Below are positions 30,856-39,981 of a stretch of DNA of 64,000 bases, in pieces. A model generated the notes under the pieces. It worked only from the letters and a program-made list of their open reading frames with translations, did not search any database and was not told the DNA's origin. This stretch comes from an uncultured Candidatus Saccharibacteria bacterium (GTDB lineage: Bacteria > Patescibacteriota > Minisyncoccia > Sungbacterales > JACQCQ01), in the NCBI GenBank assembly GCA_964494945.1, contig CAZBTX010000004.1:27385-91384 (forward strand). Direction: 5' to 3'. The number at the start of each line of letters is the position of its first letter. Position 1 is the first letter of the stretch. The translations under genes were made by a program, and so were the position numbers.

Positions 30856-31049
30856 TGCGGCTTCGCACCATACGTGAAATGAGATCCACCTCGGGCAGAA
30901 AACTCACGTATTTTTTAATGAAGCTCGAGGATTCCATAAATATAGACAATCCGATTGATTTTGAGTTGGCAGGGCTTATTCTGCGGCGTCGCCTCGGGGA
31001 CGCATCCTGGAAAACCGGGAGGTCTCTTTTGCGGTTCTATAAAATATAG
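30848..31049 (+). pseudogene. Displaced 3' end of a neuA allele
   Basis: Homologous to 26396-26555 in DNA and protein (DVMRLRT.REM.STSG.KL.YF.MK.EDSINID.P.DFELA). Confidence 0.9.
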
Positions 31050-31123
31050 GCCCGTATTGACGTTTTTGTGGTTTAAGGGTACTAATAGCAAGTATTTAGA
31101 ACTATCGGATGGGTGACCACGCG

Positions 31124-32698
31124 ATGCAGTCAACACTAGGGAACAAAGGAAAATTTGACTTCAACGGCCTTTTTACCTTTGAGATGGCGAACAACCATCA
31201 GGGGTCGGTGGAGCACGGAAAACGCATCATCCAGGAGATGGCGGCTTTGGCGCGAAAACACGGTGTTCGCGCCGCGGTTAAACTCCAATTCAGGGACTTG
31301 GATACCTTTATTCATCCCGATTACCGCGAGAGCACCGAAAATAAGCACATTCAGCGTTTTCTTTCTACGCGGCTTTCGGAGGATGAATTCGGTGAACTTT
31401 TGGCGGAAATAAAAAGCCACGGACTGCTTACGATGGTAACGCCCTTTGACGAAGCGTCCGTGGACGCGATTGAGCGTCTGGGCGCGGATATCATAAAGAT
31501 AGGCAGTTCATCGGCGCATGATTGGCCACTGCTTGAAAGAATTGCCGATACGGGAAAGCCGGTGATTTGCTCCACCGGGGGTTTAATGATCCGTGATATT
31601 GACAGAGTTGTCTCGTTTTTTCAGCACCGCGGCGTGCATTTTGCCATAATGTACTGTGTTTCCATGTACCCGACGCCGAATAATAAACTTCATTTGAATC
31701 AAATTGCCATCATGCGCAATCGTTATCCGGACATAACGGTTGGATGGTCCACGCACGAAAGCCCGTCGGATACCCATACGGTGCGCCTGGCTTACGCCAA
31801 GGGCGCCAGGATATTTGAAAAACACGTGGGAGTGCCGACGGATGAGATTAAATTGAATGCTTACTCCGCAACACCCGAAGAAGCAGACGCCTGGGTCGCG
31901 GCTTATAAGGAAGCGGTTGAGGCCTGCGGTGATAACGCGGAACGCGAAATTGATGAGAAAGAAACAGCCGATTTGAAGTCCCTGATGCGCGGAGTTTACG
32001 CCAAAAAGGAAATTAAAGCCGGTGAGCCGATAAAACGCTCGGACGTATTTTTCGCCATGCCGATAATGGAGGGGCAATTAACCAGTGGCAAATGGAAAGA
32101 GGGGCTTTTGGCTGACCGCGATTATCACGTTCACAAACCCGTAAGCGAGCGCATTTACCCCAATCATAAAAGTAAGAAAGAAATAATTTACTCCACCATA
32201 CACGCCGTAAAGGGCATGCTGAATACCGCGCGCATCCCGCTGGGGCATGATTTTTCCGTGGAGATCTCGCATCACTACGGCGTGGAAAACCTGCATAAGA
32301 TAGGATGCCTTTTGATAGAATGCATTAACCGCGAATACGCCAAGAAGATAATTGTCCAGTTGCCGGGACAGTGGAACCCGGTGCACTACCATAAGAAAAA
32401 GGATGAAACGTTCCAACTGCTTTACGGCGAGTTGTATGTGGAAATTGAAGGCAAAAAGAAAATGCTCTATCCCGGCGATTCGCTTTGGGTTCCTCGTGGC
32501 GTTTGGCACTCTTTCGGTACGGCGACTGGAGCCATCTTTGAAGAAATTTCCACCGCGAGTTTCAACGACGATTCATTTTATGTTGACCGCGAGATAGCCA
32601 AAATGGCTAGGGACGACAGGAAGACCCGGCTCCAAAATTGGGGTCGGCATCAGTTTGATGAGGTTAAAGAAGAAGAGCTAGCTAAGAGTTTGCGCTGA
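31124..32698 (+). CDS. neuB: NeuB-family nonulosonate synthase with SAF domain and C-terminal cupin
   Basis: EMANNHQG, TPFD, STHE, FEKH; PVHYHKKKDETF...WHSF cupin; start 31109 or 31124. Confidence 0.88.
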   Translation: MQSTLGNKGKFDFNGLFTFEMANNHQGSVEHGKRIIQEMAALARKHGVRAAVKLQFRDLDTFIHPDYRESTENKHIQRFLSTRLSEDEFGELLAEIKSHGLLTMVTPFDEASVDAIERLGADIIKIGSSSAHDWPLLERIADTGKPVICSTGGLMIRDIDRVVSFFQHRGVHFAIMYCVSMYPTPNNKLHLNQIAIMRNRYPDITVGWSTHESPSDTHTVRLAYAKGARIFEKHVGVPTDEIKLNAYSATPEEADAWVAAYKEAVEACGDNAEREIDEKETADLKSLMRGVYAKKEIKAGEPIKRSDVFFAMPIMEGQLTSGKWKEGLLADRDYHVHKPVSERIYPNHKSKKEIIYSTIHAVKGMLNTARIPLGHDFSVEISHHYGVENLHKIGCLLIECINREYAKKIIVQLPGQWNPVHYHKKKDETFQLLYGELYVEIEGKKKMLYPGDSLWVPRGVWHSFGTATGAIFEEISTASFNDDSFYVDREIAKMARDDRKTRLQNWGRHQFDEVKEEELAKSLR

Positions 32699-32757
32699 AA
32701 CGCCGAACTTTTTGCTTGCTCTTTTTCAGGTATGCGAAACCAAAGGAGACAACTCTC

Positions 32758-33402
32758 ATGATAAAAGTAGTGGTGTTTGACTTCGACGACACGCTGGTTC
32801 GCGGGACGGAGTGGAAGAAACAAACCGCGTTTTGGAGTATATTCTGCGACATTCCCGGCGCGGAGGATAAAGCACGGGCGTTCACGATAGAACACCCGGG
32901 CACGGGTCGTCTGGACATGATAACTGGCATTCTGGCGGAACTGGAGCGTTTCGGCATTTTGGACGGCCCCGCTTCGGCAGAATACTATCTAGCGCGCTAT
33001 ACTAAGGCGGCAGAAGACCTACAATCGGCTGCGCCGGCGACGCCGGGTGCCGAAAAAGCGCTTGATGACCTGGTTCGGGCAGGCATCTTGGTCGCTTTGA
33101 ATTCCGCGACGCCCCAGGAGGCGATAGAGCGAGTGCTGGAGATTCGGGGCTGGCGGCATAAATTTGCGGCAGTATGCGGTGCCCCACCCGGCACCAAGAT
33201 GGAGAATCTCGGCAAGATTCTGGCACTCCTCGGCGTTCAAGGACACGAGACCGCGGTTGTCGGAGACGGGCAATCGGACTTGGACGCGGCGATGCGGCAC
33301 GACTGCCGTTTTGTAGCCATTCGCGGCGGGTTATCTCGTTTCGGCCGTAAGGATATGATGATACTGGACGACCTTAACGGCCTCCTGACGGCGTTGGATT
33401 AA
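32758..33402 (+). CDS. HAD-superfamily hydrolase (phosphatase)
   Basis: FDFDDTL, NSAT, K, GDGQSD; AAGGAG SD before ATG 32758. Confidence 0.88.
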   Translation: MIKVVVFDFDDTLVRGTEWKKQTAFWSIFCDIPGAEDKARAFTIEHPGTGRLDMITGILAELERFGILDGPASAEYYLARYTKAAEDLQSAAPATPGAEKALDDLVRAGILVALNSATPQEAIERVLEIRGWRHKFAAVCGAPPGTKMENLGKILALLGVQGHETAVVGDGQSDLDAAMRHDCRFVAIRGGLSRFGRKDMMILDDLNGLLTALD

Positions 33403-33407
33403 GGACG

Positions 33408-33435
33408 GCCCGCCCCGATGACCATCGGGGCGGGC
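33408..33435. repeat. GC-rich palindrome with core CGCCCCGATGACCATCGGGGCG (also at 56700-56733)
   Basis: 13-bp arms, 2-nt centre, 5 nt after the stop codon. Confidence 0.85.
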
Positions 33436-33483
33436 TACAAAATTTTAATGATATAATCATTCAATATTCGGTCTATTTACTTT

Positions 33484-34542
33484 ATGAAAATAAAAATAAT
33501 CGGAGCGGGTTCCATAGGCAATCATTTAGCCCAGGCCTCTCGCAGGATGGGCTGGGACGTAGTGGTTGTGGATAAAGACTCGGAAGCGCTTCGGCGCATG
33601 AAAGAGGATATTTATCCGAAGCGTTACGGCGCTTGGGATGAGACCATTCAGCTTTTTACAAGCGATAAAGAACCTAGGGGTGGATTTGACATAATAGCGA
33701 TAGGCACGCCGCCGGATGCGCGGATGAAGCTGGCGCTGGCCGCACTTCGCGAAGAACCTAAAATACTGCAACTGGAAAAACCGCTTTGTCCTCCAACTCT
33801 GGATGGTCTTCAGGAATTTCTTGATGCAGCGGCAAAGCAACCGGAAACGGTGGTAATTGTAGGGTATGACCACGCAGTTGCCGAATCTATCGGCGAGGTG
33901 GTAAGTATTTTGACAGAAAAAAAGATAGGCGAAGTGGAAACGCTGGATGTTGAGTTCCGGGAACACTGGGGCGGTATTTTTGCCGCACATCCATGGCTTA
34001 GCGGTCCGCAAGATTCATATCTCGGTTTTTGGAAGCGGGGAGGGGGTGCGGGCGGAGAACATTCACACGCGTTGCATCTTTGGCAGTTTCTTGCTGGAAA
34101 AGCTGGGATTGGCGCTTGGAAGAAAATGGGGGTTTCCATGGAGATAAAAACCGATGGCGGCACCGAATATGATTCGGTTTCGGCATTTCTCGTAAACACC
34201 GACAAGGGGAAAGTCGGACGGATAGTGCAGGATGTGGTTACCAAACCAGTGCGGAAATGGATGCGAGCCCAGGGCAGTAACGGGTTCGTTGAGTGGTTTT
34301 GCGGTGGGGTACCCGAAGGAGATCTAGTCAGGTTCTCACTCAGTGGGGGAGAGGTCTCGGAAAAGGTATTCCCCAAAAAACGTCCTGACGATTTTTATCG
34401 TGAGATGCTTCATATGCAGGATATTCTTGATGGTAAAATTAAAGCATCGGAGTCGCCGCTTTCGCTTGATAGCGCTTTATCGGTAATAAAAATATTAAAC
34501 AAGGCCTATCAAGCGCGGTCAGGTACTTTCGAGGTTCTCTAG
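33484..34542 (+). CDS. Gfo/Idh/MocA-family oxidoreductase
   Basis: GAGSIG, LEKP, GGGAGGEHSH. Confidence 0.85.
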   Translation: MKIKIIGAGSIGNHLAQASRRMGWDVVVVDKDSEALRRMKEDIYPKRYGAWDETIQLFTSDKEPRGGFDIIAIGTPPDARMKLALAALREEPKILQLEKPLCPPTLDGLQEFLDAAAKQPETVVIVGYDHAVAESIGEVVSILTEKKIGEVETLDVEFREHWGGIFAAHPWLSGPQDSYLGFWKRGGGAGGEHSHALHLWQFLAGKAGIGAWKKMGVSMEIKTDGGTEYDSVSAFLVNTDKGKVGRIVQDVVTKPVRKWMRAQGSNGFVEWFCGGVPEGDLVRFSLSGGEVSEKVFPKKRPDDFYREMLHMQDILDGKIKASESPLSLDSALSVIKILNKAYQARSGTFEVL

Positions 34543-34563
34543 CATGCGAGGTTCTCTAGCACG
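34530..34563 (+). repeat. Tandem 17-bp duplication spanning a stop codon and the following ATG
   Basis: cgaggttctctagcatg / cgaggttctctagcacg. Confidence 0.85.
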
Positions 34564-34675
34564 GAAGAAAAAACCATCTTCATAACGGAGCCGCATTTGA
34601 ATGGACTGACTTGGCTACGCGTTACGAAAGATTTACTTATTTGCCTTTTCCCCATCAATTCGTAGAATAGGTCTT

Positions 34676-36928
34676 ATGCGTTTACAAGACCTTGAGCGGT
34701 ATCTCTCAAATACAATTAAAACGGGATTGTATTTTATTTTGCCGTTGCCGCTATATATTTCCACCTCCATGCTCTTCCCGTTCATTACGGGAAGGAATTT
34801 TGCTTTTAGGATAATAATTGAAATTCTGGCTATTGCCTGGGTTGGACTGCTTGTAATGTCCCGCGAATACCGGCCGCGCTTAACGCCGCTCGTGAAAGCG
34901 GTGATCGTACTCCTTTTTATCGTGACACTCGCGGACATTTTAGGGGTCAATCCCTACCGCAGTTTTTGGTCCAATTACGAACGCATGGAGGGACTTCTGG
35001 GACTGATCCATATGGTTCTTTTCTTCCTGATCGCCGCGTCCATGTTCCGCAAGGTTTCTGATTGGAGATTGTACCTTTACGGTTCCTCTATTGTAAGCGT
35101 CTTCGTCGCGCTTACGGCACTTTTCCAGAACCTCGGCCTTGCCCGATCATACCAAGGGGGTGTGCGCGTTGACGGGACCATAGGCAATCCGGCCTACCTC
35201 GCGTCTTACCTGATGTTCCATGTGTTCTTCCTGCTTTTTCTGGCGTACCGCGAAAGACGTTCCTGGCTTCGCTGGGCGGCAATAAGCGCGGCGGTTTTTG
35301 AACTCGTCATTATTTATCTGACCGCGACTAGAGGCGTGATACTTGCCATGGGCGGCGTGGCGGCTCTCGTAGCGATCTTTTTCGCATTTAAGAGACCGGC
35401 TGAACCAAGAGGGCGCGTAGTCCGCGACATTTCTATGGGGATACTTGCAGTCGGCATTGCGGTTGCCGCCGGTTTTTTCCTTTTGAGAAGTACCGCTTTC
35501 GTAAAAGAAAATCCGGTCCTCGCGCGTTTTGCTTCACTTTCTTCCAGTGAGCGCACTGTGCAGTCGCGCATTATGATCTGGAAAATCGCCTGGCAGGGAG
35601 TCAAGGAACGTCCGATTCTCGGGTGGGGTCAGGAGAATTTCTACGCTGCTTTCAATAAATATTTTGACCCCAAGCTCTGGAACAGCGAGCCCTGGTTTGA
35701 TAGGTCGCATAATTTCTTTTTTGACTGGTTGATACACGCCGGCGTCTTGGGACTGGCCGCATATCTCACGGTTATCGGCGTTGGAGTGTTAAATATCAAG
35801 CGAGCTTGGATGAAAGGTAACTTTGCCTCTTTGGAAGGAGGCCTGCTTGTGGGGCTTTCGGCCGCTTATCTCGCGCAGAATTTTTTCGTGTTTGATAATT
35901 TCCAAAGCTACTTTTTTCTCTTTACGCTGTTAGGTTTCTCTGATTTTATGGCTCATCGCGTTTCGCCCGGGGAAGCAAATCGATCAAACCGAGAACCGGC
36001 TCCCCTCAAGGATGTTGGCCGCGTATGGATTCTCATGGGCGGCACGGGAATTTTCATTTTGGCTTCGCTTTATTATTTCAATCTGAAACCGATACTGGCG
36101 TCGCGCGAGATAATTCAAGGCCTTAGCCAAGCGAATCCCCGGATTCTTCCTGAAGTGCAAAGGCATTTTGAGAATGCATTGAGCTATGAGACCTTCGGTA
36201 GCGGCGAAGCCCGGGAACAACTTGCTTCGCTTTCCAGGGTATTCGTTGCGCGCCCACCCCAAGTAAGCGCGGAGGATTACGGGCGCTATGTTGAATTCAC
36301 GGTGCGCGAAGTGGAAAAATTGGCGGTGACTCCCGCAGCTGACGCCAAGTATTTTCTCTTTTTAGGGTCAATCTACAATAACTATCTTGGATTAAATGGC
36401 GATTACGCCCGCCGTGCGGTTGACGCGCTGGAGTCCGGAATAAAGCTTTCTCCGAATAAACAGCAGTTATATTTTGAGTTGGCCTCGGTTTATCTGTCAG
36501 TTGGCCAACCCGCCCGGGCGCTTGAACTTATGCAAAAGGCGGTTGAGCTTGACCCGACATTTCACGGCGCCCAGCTCAATCTGGCCGTTACGGCTATAGT
36601 CGCTAAAAAGAAGGACATTGCCGACAAGGCGCTTGCGGAATACCGCCGGCTGATTCCGGCCGTAGATGTCCCATCTATCCAGCGTCTTATCCAGGCCTAT
36701 TCCAGCGCTAATGACGTGGTGAGCATCAAGCCACTAATTGAAGAAGCACTTAAGCTTGAGCCGCGAAACGGCGCGTTATATGGCCAATACGCCGCCGTTT
36801 TGTATGCCCTTGGAGACCGTGAAGGGGCGAGGGCCGCAGCTCGCCAGGCAGGCGAGCTCGCTCCTGAACTCAAAGCGGAAGCGGAGCGGTTCATTAAAGA
36901 ACTTGATTCCGGCAAACCCTTGCGTTAG
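34676..36928 (+). CDS. O-antigen ligase (Wzy_C) domain membrane protein with C-terminal TPRs
   Basis: GTIGNP, TATRG, RPILGWGQENF, DRSHN; TPR-like helices. Confidence 0.88.
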   Translation: MRLQDLERYLSNTIKTGLYFILPLPLYISTSMLFPFITGRNFAFRIIIEILAIAWVGLLVMSREYRPRLTPLVKAVIVLLFIVTLADILGVNPYRSFWSNYERMEGLLGLIHMVLFFLIAASMFRKVSDWRLYLYGSSIVSVFVALTALFQNLGLARSYQGGVRVDGTIGNPAYLASYLMFHVFFLLFLAYRERRSWLRWAAISAAVFELVIIYLTATRGVILAMGGVAALVAIFFAFKRPAEPRGRVVRDISMGILAVGIAVAAGFFLLRSTAFVKENPVLARFASLSSSERTVQSRIMIWKIAWQGVKERPILGWGQENFYAAFNKYFDPKLWNSEPWFDRSHNFFFDWLIHAGVLGLAAYLTVIGVGVLNIKRAWMKGNFASLEGGLLVGLSAAYLAQNFFVFDNFQSYFFLFTLLGFSDFMAHRVSPGEANRSNREPAPLKDVGRVWILMGGTGIFILASLYYFNLKPILASREIIQGLSQANPRILPEVQRHFENALSYETFGSGEAREQLASLSRVFVARPPQVSAEDYGRYVEFTVREVEKLAVTPAADAKYFLFLGSIYNNYLGLNGDYARRAVDALESGIKLSPNKQQLYFELASVYLSVGQPARALELMQKAVELDPTFHGAQLNLAVTAIVAKKKDIADKALAEYRRLIPAVDVPSIQRLIQAYSSANDVVSIKPLIEEALKLEPRNGALYGQYAAVLYALGDREGARAAARQAGELAPELKAEAERFIKELDSGKPLR

Positions 36929-38355
36929 CGTCCGCGCCTTCCCAATATAGAGAATACGGTGCGCAATGCTATCAAAAGGTCTAAGATCAAAGAGCGGTTC
37001 TTGATGTAATAAAGGTCGTACTGCATCTTTTCCGGCGCGTCATCCACCGCGGCATCATTTTCCATATTGATCTGCGCCCAACCCGTAATACCGGGTTTTA
37101 CCAGAAGGCGCATTTCGTAAAATGGTACTTTCTCTTTTAATTTTTCAACATACTGCGGGCGTTCCGGCCGCGGGCCGACAAACGACATTTCCCCCTTTAA
37201 TACGTTCCATACCTGCCCCAGCTCATCCAGATATGACTTTCGCATAAAAGTGCCGAAAGCGTACTGGCGCGGGTCATTTATGGCTTCTTTGGTCTCGTTC
37301 ATAGCTGCGCTTAGGCGCTCCGCCCCCAGTACCTGGCTTCTGAATTTAACAAAATTGAAAATTCGTCCGTTCTTACCCACGCGTTCCTGACGAAAGAAAA
37401 ATATGCCGTCTCCCGGACGCGCACGTTTTTGTTTGTAGCGTAAAATATCTCTGGGATTTGAAATAAATATTCCGAGAGCAATCAAGGGAAAAAGAATAAG
37501 AGCCAACGCGCCAACCGCAACACTGAACAGAATATCAAGAACGCGCTTGAAGAATTCATATCTGGTATTTCTACCGCCTATCAGATTTTCTAAGAACCAA
37601 ACTTCTTCTATCAAATAAAGAGAAATTTTCCCCGTCAGCATTTCATGAAAAGACGGAAATTCCACGATGTTCACCCCCATGGGAACCACTTGGAATAAGG
37701 ACTTCACTAATTCCCGGTTCTCTTTCATGACCGGCGAGATGACAACCGTATTGGCTTTCGTGTCTTGGACTATCTTCAGGAAATTTTGCTGACTCAACGA
37801 GATAACGGGTAGCGGCAAGTCCCCGATGCTATTTGACCCGCCATTAACTATAAAAGCTGCGGGTTTTTGCCCGAGTTGCGGATTTTTCAGAAGATATTCG
37901 GCAAGATCCACGGTCTCTTGGTTGGCGCCAAAAAATATAACGCGGTCAGCTGGAGCTCTAATCACGAGGGCATTAAAGCAGTATCGCCAGGTGGCCATGA
38001 GAATTGTTGATATCAGAGTAATCATTAAAAGATTGCGCCGCGGTTCAATTTCAAATATCGGTAGCGACGAATAGAGTATCAAAACGGCTACTAGAGTATT
38101 GATGATACCCACCCATATCAGGCGGTAGAGGAATATTTTACTGTTTTTTATGAAACGGAGGTCATAAAGCCCGAAAGCGCCGAAAAACACGGCCCAGGCA
38201 AAAAACACAATACTGAAGGGTACGGCGTGAAGCTCTAAAAGCTCCAATATGTCTTCTGTGGGGTAATAGCGGAAAAAAAGCGTAAGCCAAAGCGTCCCGT
38301 ACCAGATGATAAGGTCTCCCGCCAACAGAATGAGAACTTTGCCTCGTTGTTTCAT
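36925..38355 (-). CDS. Priming polyprenyl-phosphate sugar-1-phosphate transferase (WbaP/WcaJ-like)
   Basis: KRVLD, KFRS, DPR, LDELGQ..NVLKGEMSFVGPRPE, KPGITGWAQ. Confidence 0.92.
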   Translation of the reverse strand: MKQRGKVLILLAGDLIIWYGTLWLTLFFRYYPTEDILELLELHAVPFSIVFFAWAVFFGAFGLYDLRFIKNSKIFLYRLIWVGIINTLVAVLILYSSLPIFEIEPRRNLLMITLISTILMATWRYCFNALVIRAPADRVIFFGANQETVDLAEYLLKNPQLGQKPAAFIVNGGSNSIGDLPLPVISLSQQNFLKIVQDTKANTVVISPVMKENRELVKSLFQVVPMGVNIVEFPSFHEMLTGKISLYLIEEVWFLENLIGGRNTRYEFFKRVLDILFSVAVGALALILFPLIALGIFISNPRDILRYKQKRARPGDGIFFFRQERVGKNGRIFNFVKFRSQVLGAERLSAAMNETKEAINDPRQYAFGTFMRKSYLDELGQVWNVLKGEMSFVGPRPERPQYVEKLKEKVPFYEMRLLVKPGITGWAQINMENDAAVDDAPEKMQYDLYYIKNRSLILDLLIALRTVFSILGRRGR

Positions 38356-38371
38356 ATATATCAAGTTAGTA

Positions 38372-39538
38372 TCAGTTAGATACTTCCCTGTAAAGGCGGC
38401 GAGTTTCTTCAATCATAGCGTTTATATTGAATAATTTTTCAACGCGATACCTCGCATTTTTTGCCAAATTATCACGGAGCTGACCATCCTCCGCTAGTTT
38501 TCGTATGGCTGCCGCAAGCATTTCCGGGTCTTTCGGCGCAACAAGAATACCCGATTCATTTTGAACCAAGAGATCAGGGATTCCGCCAATATTGGTTGCA
38601 ATAATGGGAAGTCCCGCTGCCATAGCTTCCATAATAACGTAGGGCAGACCCTCTTTTACGGAAGTCAGAATAAAACAGTCAAGCCCCCTTAAGAGGCGCC
38701 AAGCATCCTTCACAAACCCGGTCAAGAAAACCTTATGAGCAGCGTCCAGTTCTTCTATTAATTTTCTTAAGCGGGTCTCATCCTCACCGCCTCCGATAAT
38801 GATGGAAACGGCGTTTTGGGGCAGTTTAGCGGCGGCCCGTATCAGTGTCGGCAGGTCTTTGTTCGCGGTCAGTTCCGTGATAGTCCCGATTATAAAAGGA
38901 GTGTCGTAAAAACTTGCTAAGTCGCGCAGTTCCTTTCTCGCGATGGTACGCTCTACGAAATTTCCGTATTCTCCAATGCCGTTCGGTATCAATGTGAATT
39001 TCCGTTTAGCGATGAAGGGAAAATCTTGGGCCGCCAGATAATCGCGATGAGTAATGACAATGACCTTGTGGGTGAATACCGCGGTAAACCATGAAAAAAA
39101 CCATATGATAGTTCTTGCGACAGTGTTCCTATCTTCGAAGAACGACCAGCCATGTATAGTGACGACTATTTTTGGCACGCCTAGAATCCGTCCCGCCAGT
39201 GCTCCCAGCCCCGCCATTTTGGGGCTATTTAGGTGAAGAATATCCGGCCGCTCGCTTCGTAAAATTGAGATAAGTCGTTTAAGGATTAGAAGCTCACCCA
39301 GCCATCTGATATCACGCCTCATGCCGGAGATAATAATTACTCGTATACCAATGGCCTTGAGGCGTTCAGCGAGTAACCCGGACTCGCCAGCGACGAGAAC
39401 GACATCAAATTGGTTTTTAGCAAGATGCGTCGCCAGATCAAAACAATAGCGCTGCGCGCCGCCCCAGGTGGCCTTGGTAATACCTATGACAACTTTTTTT
39501 CTGCGTTTTGAGTTAGTATCTTCTATTTCCGTCGGCAT
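38372..39538 (-). CDS. GT4 glycosyltransferase
   Basis: GGAQRY, SVKEGLPYVIMEAMAAG. Confidence 0.92.
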   Translation of the reverse strand: MPTEIEDTNSKRRKKVVIGITKATWGGAQRYCFDLATHLAKNQFDVVLVAGESGLLAERLKAIGIRVIIISGMRRDIRWLGELLILKRLISILRSERPDILHLNSPKMAGLGALAGRILGVPKIVVTIHGWSFFEDRNTVARTIIWFFSWFTAVFTHKVIVITHRDYLAAQDFPFIAKRKFTLIPNGIGEYGNFVERTIARKELRDLASFYDTPFIIGTITELTANKDLPTLIRAAAKLPQNAVSIIIGGGEDETRLRKLIEELDAAHKVFLTGFVKDAWRLLRGLDCFILTSVKEGLPYVIMEAMAAGLPIIATNIGGIPDLLVQNESGILVAPKDPEMLAAAIRKLAEDGQLRDNLAKNARYRVEKLFNINAMIEETRRLYREVSN

Positions 39539-39648
39539 AGTCGGATTCTATCACATTCATAATATATAACTCTAAAATAACCGCCGTAGTTCCTTTCGCC
39601 AGATTTTGATTTTTATTGCCGCGATTCCAAGAATTCTATAAGTTTGAG

Positions 39649-39687
39649 TTATCCACACTTGCTTCTCAAATCAAATTTCAGTACGAT
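39649..39687 (+). promoter_or_regulatory. DnaA box abutting a sigma70-type promoter
   Basis: TTATCCACA 39649-39657; TTGCTT-17-TACGAT 39659-39687. Confidence 0.6.
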
Positions 39688-39814
39688 AGAAGTAATTCTA
39701 TTAAGGATTAGGAACGGATTTTATTTCCGAATCGTATTAAGAGCATATGCGGTGGTCGGCATATGCTCGCGTCCCTAGCGACGGGTTAACTTAGAATTAA
39801 TTTAGAATATTATC

Positions 39815-39874
39815 ATGGCAAAGAGAAGAAAGGCGTCCAAGAAGGCCAGAAAGGGCGGCAAGAGGCGAAGATAA
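39815..39874 (+). CDS. 19-aa Lys/Arg-rich peptide MAKRRKASKKARKGGKRRR
   Basis: Own promoter, leader hairpin and downstream perfect palindrome; purine-rich coding bias. Confidence 0.65.
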   Translation: MAKRRKASKKARKGGKRRR

Positions 39875-39886
39875 GCCGATTCCCAC

Positions 39887-39922
39887 TATAGAAACACCCC
39901 CGCTAGCGGGGGTGTTTCTATA
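39887..39922. terminator. Perfect 36-bp palindrome after the basic peptide gene (terminator-like)
   Basis: tatagaaacacccccgctagcgggggtgtttctata. Confidence 0.65.
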
Positions 39923-39981
39923 TACGAGGGTTCATAAATTAGCTATATTTAAGTTAATCTAGTTGGTTTTTTAACGGCATG

